DNA of 41,819 nt from positions 4,189-46,007 of the forward strand of contig JBBIHX010000004.1 in assembly GCA_037446815.1 (NCBI GenBank). Reading direction: 5' to 3'. The translations under genes were made by a program, and so were the position numbers. Positions 36,526 to 41,819 of this stretch are shown here, in pieces. The notes beneath the pieces were generated by a model. The model worked only from the letters and a program-made list of their open reading frames with translations, was not told the origin of the DNA and did no database searches. Origin of the DNA: Caldilineae bacterium. GTDB lineage: Bacteria; Chloroflexota; Anaerolineae; DTLA01. How positions within the stretch are numbered: the stretch's first letter is position 1; each line of letters opens with the position of its first letter.

Positions 36526-37821
36526 CTAGGGCTTGCGGTACGCCTGCGGGATGTACTCGGGCAGGCGCTTGGGTGCCATGATGCGCCGGATGCGGGCGAA
36601 TCGCTGGATGCCGCCGACCAGCGGCACCGTGGGCCAGTCCTCGCCAATGAGCGGGCGGGCGTAGCGCACGAAGTCATCGGTAACGTCCACCTTGCTGGGC
36701 GCGAGCCACTTGACCGGGAACGAGCGCTCGGAGTTGGCCACGGCCTCCAGCGGCACCTTGTCGTAGTACACGGTGTACAGCGGGCCAGGTTGGCGCAGGA
36801 TGGTGGCCATGTATCCGGTGCCCGATTCGGCCGCGATGATGACGGCATGGCGGCCTACGTTGTACGCCTCGTCCAGGTCCACAACGGATGCATATACCAT
36901 ATTGTGCCGCTGATCCGTGCCTGGGACGTTGCCGCGGGCCGCTCCCCGCGCCCGAAGGCCGACTTTGTTCAGGTAGTTGACGACGATTTGCTCTACCGAC
37001 AGTTCGGACGCGGAGAAGGCTATGTGCCCGAAGGCGTCCTTCACGGCACCAATGTCGCCCACATCCAGCCCCTCGCTCACGACGACAATCGCCCGCCCGC
37101 GCTCGCGGAGCAGGTCATTGACCCTGTCGGCAAGTTCCGGAAGGGTGAGGCCCGCTTCGGGCATGTAGATTTGCAGCGGCATCTCGCGGTCGGGGTCGGC
37201 GAGTCGCGCGGCGGCGGGAATGAAGCCGATCTTGCGCCCCATGACCTGGAGCACGAGGACCGGGTCGGCAGGGGACGAGCCTTCGTTTTCCTCGTTGGCG
37301 CACTGCACCATGAGGGCCCAGTAACGCGCCACGCTCCCATAGCCCGGCGTATGGTCTATGAGTTTGAACTCGCTGTCGCCCACGTCGTTGTCTATCGTCT
37401 TGGGCACGCCCGTGGCGACAAGGTCCAGTCCGCGCTCGGCGGCGAGTTTGGACACCTTGTGGGCGGTGTCCATGGAGTCGTTGCCACCGATGTAGAAGAA
37501 GTAGCCGACATTGTGGGCGCGGAATACCTCTATGATGCGCTCGTAGTCCTCGCTCTGGGAGGGCCTGAGTTTGTAGCGGCAGGTGCCGATGGCTCCTGCG
37601 GCGGGCGTTGTGCGCAACAGGGCGATTTCCTCGCGGGGCTGGGCCGAGAGGTCAATGAGTTCCTCTTTCAAGACCCCCTCTATGCCGTGCAGGGCCGCGT
37701 AGACCGTTCCGAACGTATCCGGCATCTCCAGGCAGGTTTCTACAATGCCGCGCAGGGAGTTGTTGATGACCGGCGATGGCCCGCCAGATTGGGCGACGAC
37801 GACATTTCGCGGTTTTGGCAT
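36526..37821 (-). CDS. pfp: Pyrophosphate-dependent phosphofructokinase
   Basis: QSGGPSPVIN, IGGNDSMD (Asp typical of PPi-dependent enzymes), PKTIDND, VMGR, VSEG. Confidence 0.9.
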   Translation of the reverse strand: MPKPRNVVVAQSGGPSPVINNSLRGIVETCLEMPDTFGTVYAALHGIEGVLKEELIDLSAQPREEIALLRTTPAAGAIGTCRYKLRPSQSEDYERIIEVFRAHNVGYFFYIGGNDSMDTAHKVSKLAAERGLDLVATGVPKTIDNDVGDSEFKLIDHTPGYGSVARYWALMVQCANEENEGSSPADPVLVLQVMGRKIGFIPAAARLADPDREMPLQIYMPEAGLTLPELADRVNDLLRERGRAIVVVSEGLDVGDIGAVKDAFGHIAFSASELSVEQIVVNYLNKVGLRARGAARGNVPGTDQRHNMVYASVVDLDEAYNVGRHAVIIAAESGTGYMATILRQPGPLYTVYYDKVPLEAVANSERSFPVKWLAPSKVDVTDDFVRYARPLIGEDWPTVPLVGGIQRFARIRRIMAPKRLPEYIPQAYRKP

Positions 37822-37842
37822 ACCCTCGCCTCCGTGCCTGTG

Positions 37843-39261
37843 TCAGTCTTCTAGCCACTCGGTGTGGAACGTGCCGGGCTTGTCAATGCGCTTGTAGGTG
37901 TGGGCGCCGAAGTAGTCCCGCTGCGCCTGTAGCAGGTTCGCGGGCAGGCGCTCGCTGCGGTAGGCGTCAAAGTAGGCCAGCGAGACGCTCATGGCAGCGC
38001 AGGGGATGCCCATCCCGACAGCGGTCTGGATGACGCGGCGCCATGACTCCTGGCGGCTCTCCACGGCTTGCTTGAACTCGGCGTCCAGCAGGAGGTTGGG
38101 CAGGTCTGGGTCGCGGAGGAAAGCCTCACGGATGCGGCCCAGAAGTTTGGCGCGAATGATGCAGCCGCCGCGCCAGATGCGCGCCAGTTCGGCCAGGCGC
38201 AGGTTGTAGTTGTACTCGCGAGACGCGGCGCGGAGCAACGCCATGCCCTGGGCGTAGGAGCATATCTTGGAGGCGTACAGGGCGGCGCGCACATCCTGAA
38301 TAAATGCCGCGCGGTCGCCGTGGAAGGCGGGCTTGGGGCCGGACAGGACTTTGGAGGCGGCGACGCGCTCGTGCTTGAATGCGGACAGCAGGCGGCCCTC
38401 TACGGCGCTGTTGATGGTGGGGGTGGGCACGCCCAGGTCAAGAGCGTTCTGGGAAGTCCATTTGCCGGTACCCTTCTGCTCGGCCTCGTCCAGGATGACC
38501 TCCACCAGCGGCTTGCCGGTGTCGGGGTCCATCTTGGCGAAGATGTTGGCGGTGATCTCAATCAGATAGGAGGACAGTTCGCCCTGATTCCACTCCGCGA
38601 AGATGTCGTGCAATTCGGCGGCCGAGAGACCCAGGCCGCGATGCAAGATGTCGTAGGCCTCGCTGATGAGTTGCATGTCGCCGTACTCAATGCCGTTGTG
38701 CACCATCTTGACGTAGTGGCCGGCGCCGCGCGGGCCGATGTAAGAGACGCAAGGGTCGCCGTCCACTTTGGCCGCGATGGCCTGGAACATCTGCTCCACC
38801 AGGGCGTAGGCCTCGGGCTGGCCTCCGGGCATGAGGCTTGGCCCCTTGAGCGCGCCTTCCTCGCCGCCGGAGACTCCCGTGCCGATGTACAGCAGGCCGG
38901 CGGCCTCCAACTGCGTGGAACGCCGCTCGGTATCCATGAAGAACGAGTTGCCGCCGTCTATCAGCAGGTCGCCCTTGTCCAGCAGCGGGGTGATTTGCTG
39001 GATGACCTCGTCCACGGGCTTGCCGGCCTTGACCATGATGAGAATCTTGCGGGGGCGTTCCAGGGCGGCGACGAATTCCTCCAATGTGTAGGTGGGGACA
39101 ATTCGCTTGCCAGCGATGCGCGTTTCGGCAAACTCCCGAGTGCGCTCGGCGGTGCGGTTGTACACTGCGATGGAGTAGCCGCGGCTCTCAATGTTCAGCG
39201 CTAGGTTCTGGCCCATGACGGCCAGGCCGATGAGTCCAAATTGGCACTTGGATTCTGACAT
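37843..39261 (-). CDS. gnd: 6-phosphogluconate dehydrogenase, decarboxylating (NADP-dependent, long form)
   Basis: [64 protein letters not shown]. Confidence 0.98.
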   Translation of the reverse strand: MSESKCQFGLIGLAVMGQNLALNIESRGYSIAVYNRTAERTREFAETRIAGKRIVPTYTLEEFVAALERPRKILIMVKAGKPVDEVIQQITPLLDKGDLLIDGGNSFFMDTERRSTQLEAAGLLYIGTGVSGGEEGALKGPSLMPGGQPEAYALVEQMFQAIAAKVDGDPCVSYIGPRGAGHYVKMVHNGIEYGDMQLISEAYDILHRGLGLSAAELHDIFAEWNQGELSSYLIEITANIFAKMDPDTGKPLVEVILDEAEQKGTGKWTSQNALDLGVPTPTINSAVEGRLLSAFKHERVAASKVLSGPKPAFHGDRAAFIQDVRAALYASKICSYAQGMALLRAASREYNYNLRLAELARIWRGGCIIRAKLLGRIREAFLRDPDLPNLLLDAEFKQAVESRQESWRRVIQTAVGMGIPCAAMSVSLAYFDAYRSERLPANLLQAQRDYFGAHTYKRIDKPGTFHTEWLED

Positions 39262-39286
39262 CTTATCCTCCTCACTAGACTTCTGG

Positions 39287-40549
39287 TCAAGGGTGTTGGG
39301 TTGCGTTCTTCAGGCGATACAGGGTTTCGCCAGCCTTGTGCACGACGAGAATGCCTTCATCTTCTCGGCCCTCCCAGTCGCGCGGGTTGATGCTGGCGGG
39401 ATCTAGGTAGCCGAGGTTGACCTTGCGGCAGCGTTCGGCAGGGATGCCCGTGGCCAGGGTAACTTGGATTCGCGGCCGCTCCACGCCGTTCTCGTAGGTG
39501 CCGATGCCGCGCAGGTGGGTGGAATGGGCCAGGACGCCCCATGGGTAGCCCTTGAAGTGATCCCACTGCTTGGTGAAATAGTCTCGCACGTGGTAGCCGA
39601 TTTCGTCCAGAATCTTGCCATGGGTGTAGGAGATTTCGTGGATGTGAGGCGCGTAGATGATGACCTCGCCGCCGTCGGCGATGATGGGCTCGGTCTTGTA
39701 CATGCCCTTGGCGGCAGTCCACAGGTCGTCGTACATGGGCGGGATGATGGACAGCACGCGCTTGTACGGGCGATCCACGTAGGTGATGTGCAGTTGGGCC
39801 GAAAGTTCGGCGGCGGCGCGCTGCGATTCCTCCGGCGTGCCGAAGAACACCCCTGCCACGGCATCACCGTGCACGACGATGCTGAAGCACAACTTGGGGA
39901 TGGGAATCATGGACGCAGCGCGATCAATGACGCGCCGAACGGGAGTGTCTTCCCGCCCGATGATGTTCATGCTGGTGATGAGCGCGCCGAGCCAGTGGGA
40001 GAAGTTGATGACGCTCGGCCCGCCGATGCCCGGGAAGAAGTACTTGTTCCCGCCGGAGAACCCGACGACCTCGTGGGGAAAGACCGGCCCGCAGATGATA
40101 AGCACGTCGTAATCAAAGATCCTCTTGTTCAGGGCCACGTCCACATCCTGCACCAGTCTGCCGTCTGTGATGGCCGCGATGTCGGACGCGGGGATAGTGC
40201 CGAGGCTGACGAATGTCTCGGCGATGTCCCAGCGATGGTTGTAGATGTTTACATTGGGGAAACGGCGGGCGCGTTCGTCGGCAGGCAGGCCCACCAACTG
40301 GGCGATGCCGGCCTCCGATAGGGGCTGATGGGTGCCTAGGGCGACCAGGTAGTCCAACTTGTGCGCCCTGTGGCCGATGGTCTCGTAGATGATGCGGAAG
40401 AACAGCGGAATGGGCGCGGTTCGGGTAGTGTCCGGGATGATGACAAGGACACGTTGATTGTCCACGGGGCGCTGCGCAAACGCTTCGGCGACGATTGCCC
40501 GAATCTCGGTTTCGCTCAAAGGCTGATGGAGCGAGCCTTGTCCGATCAT
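39287..40549 (-). CDS. LarA/DUF2088 family nickel-pincer-dependent racemase/epimerase
   Basis: [35 protein letters not shown]; SD GGGAGG. Confidence 0.88.
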   Translation of the reverse strand: MIGQGSLHQPLSETEIRAIVAEAFAQRPVDNQRVLVIIPDTTRTAPIPLFFRIIYETIGHRAHKLDYLVALGTHQPLSEAGIAQLVGLPADERARRFPNVNIYNHRWDIAETFVSLGTIPASDIAAITDGRLVQDVDVALNKRIFDYDVLIICGPVFPHEVVGFSGGNKYFFPGIGGPSVINFSHWLGALITSMNIIGREDTPVRRVIDRAASMIPIPKLCFSIVVHGDAVAGVFFGTPEESQRAAAELSAQLHITYVDRPYKRVLSIIPPMYDDLWTAAKGMYKTEPIIADGGEVIIYAPHIHEISYTHGKILDEIGYHVRDYFTKQWDHFKGYPWGVLAHSTHLRGIGTYENGVERPRIQVTLATGIPAERCRKVNLGYLDPASINPRDWEGREDEGILVVHKAGETLYRLKNATQHP

Positions 40550-40591
40550 AGAAGCCTCCCATTGCGCATGATAGACAACGCACACGTTTGC

Positions 40592-40620
40592 ATTATGCAC
40601 CGTATGGGCGCGATTGTCAA
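40592..40620 (-). promoter_or_regulatory. Putative sigma70 promoter (TTGACA-N17-CATAAT) for larA-like-gnd-pfp
   Basis: Near-consensus; 42 bp upstream of ATG 40549. Confidence 0.7.
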
Positions 40621-40709
40621 GAAACCGGTCGTGTCCCTGCAGCGTACCGTGTCCGGCCAGGTCTCGCTGGCGGCCGAATCGCGACGTGCGCGAGGGGAGA
40701 GCGCGCCGC

Positions 40710-41606
40710 CTATGTCCCGCCGGTCGCGTATGCTGCACGAATCAGGTGTTCCACGTCCCGGACGGTGCGGTCAAAGGCGCCCTCCTTCTCCAGTTTCAGG
40801 CTGGTTACCGCGGCGGCCCAGATGACCGCGTCGCGAGGGGGCACGGAGAGGCGTCGGCTGAGGTAAGCGCCGGTGCAGGTGTCGCCGCGCCCGCTTCGGC
40901 CCCGCACGGCCGATACGACGAAGGGCGCCTCGTGCAATTGCCCGTGGGCATACAGGATGACGCCGCCGCCATGCGTGATGAGGACTTCCTTCGGCCCCCA
41001 GGAGGCCAGGATGCCGGCGGCTTTCCGCGGGTCGCTTTCTCCCGTGAGCCTTTCGGCTTCCACAGAGTCGGCCTTGAGGACATCAACGAGGGCGAGGATG
41101 GGTTCCTTGCCGGGCCAGCGGTCGTACACAAGGGTGCCGTTGTGGTTCACGCGGACGTACCCCTGCACGTCCAGCGAAATCTCGCCGCCCCTCTGCTTCA
41201 GGGTTTGGATGACCTCTATCGGCACTTCGCCGCGCATGGACGCGCCGATGTGGAACACGCGCGCCTGCACGTTGCCCACATCCTCAGGGCGAAACGGGCC
41301 GGCCGAACTGGTGGTGTAGATGACGCGGTCATCCAGGTTGGCCGTGGGGTAGACCAGGCGAAGGCATGTGGACTGGGGCGTGAAGATGGGGATGACGGTT
41401 ACGCCCAGGGCAAGGAGCGGGGCATAGGATTCGCTGTCCTCCTGGGCCAGGCGGGTGATAACGGCGACACGCAAACCCATTCGCGCCGCCACGCTGGCCC
41501 CGAAGAAGTACGCGCCCCCGTGTTGCGTATGCTGACGGTCCGGGTACACGATGGTGTCCTTGGTGTAGTGGCCGAGGAATGCAATGTCAAATGGTGTGTC
41601 AGGCAT
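40710..41606 (-). CDS. PfkB/ribokinase family carbohydrate kinase
   Basis: GHYTKD, HGG, LDVQG, KADSVEA, ITHGGG, GRSGRGDTC; SD AAGGAGG. Confidence 0.88.
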   Translation of the reverse strand: MPDTPFDIAFLGHYTKDTIVYPDRQHTQHGGAYFFGASVAARMGLRVAVITRLAQEDSESYAPLLALGVTVIPIFTPQSTCLRLVYPTANLDDRVIYTTSSAGPFRPEDVGNVQARVFHIGASMRGEVPIEVIQTLKQRGGEISLDVQGYVRVNHNGTLVYDRWPGKEPILALVDVLKADSVEAERLTGESDPRKAAGILASWGPKEVLITHGGGVILYAHGQLHEAPFVVSAVRGRSGRGDTCTGAYLSRRLSVPPRDAVIWAAAVTSLKLEKEGAFDRTVRDVEHLIRAAYATGGT

Positions 41607-41648
41607 CGTGTTCGCCTCCTTGTTCGCCTTTTGGGAAGGATTGCCGAT

Positions 41649-41819
41649 TCACGCGAGGGCGGCGAGCATGGCGCGGCGCAGGGCCTGGCTCGCGCCTGCG
41701 ATGTCGCCGGTCAGGCGGATGTGAACCACGGGCCTGCCAGCGCTGCGCAGGGTTTGCTCGTCGCCGAGGGCTTGCGCGTCCTTGAGCACCGAGAACGTGT
41801 AGGGCTCGCCGGGTATTTC
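41649..41819 (-). CDS. C-terminal end of a glucose-6-phosphate isomerase (or bifunctional transaldolase/PGI), truncated by the window edge
   Basis: Translates EIPGEPYTFSVLKDAQALGDEQTLRSAGRPVVHIRL...LA*, matching the IPG..Y.F..L..AQA.GD...L...GRPV tail of this PGI group. Confidence 0.75.
   Translation of the reverse strand, partial: EIPGEPYTFSVLKDAQALGDEQTLRSAGRPVVHIRLTGDIAGASQALRRAMLAALA

Overview
GC-rich (roughly 65% by eye) bacterial chromosomal segment, most likely from an anaerobic Chloroflexota (Anaerolineae-like); this is inferred from gene content, Pro/Thr-rich linkers, hydrophobic 'LPxI/V' motifs on exported proteins and REP-like palindromes. It holds about 36 protein-coding genes. 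I saw no rRNA, tRNA, CRISPR array, transposase or integrase. Main blocks: a frameshifted asparagine-synthase-like gene; a cytoplasmic 5'-nucleotidase among small membrane-protein genes; ssnA-yqeC followed by a MocA-like/HAD-IIA fusion; a ThiF-CinA-iron-sulfur flavoprotein-2-hydroxyacyl-CoA dehydratase (two subunits) operon followed by an Ldh_2 dehydrogenase; pit-DUF47; a secreted S8 protease; a beta-propeller lipoprotein plus a Cys-rich protein that seems to start at ATT; arsR; glgP; a DDAH-like enzyme; nadC-nadA-nadB; a Tat-exported amidohydrolase; and a pgi-like fragment-pfkB-larA-like-gnd-pfp sugar cluster. Best leads: (1) a nickel-pincer LarA-family enzyme directly upstream of gnd, suggesting a sugar-acid epimerase feeding the pentose phosphate pathway; (2) the dehydratase operon lacking an activator but coupled to ThiF and CinA; (3) the MocA-HAD fusion; (4) a shared [FY]LPx[IV] motif on two unrelated exported proteins; (5) a composite REP-like repeat family; (6) near-total avoidance of TCGA. 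All calls come from motif reading only; no searches were run.
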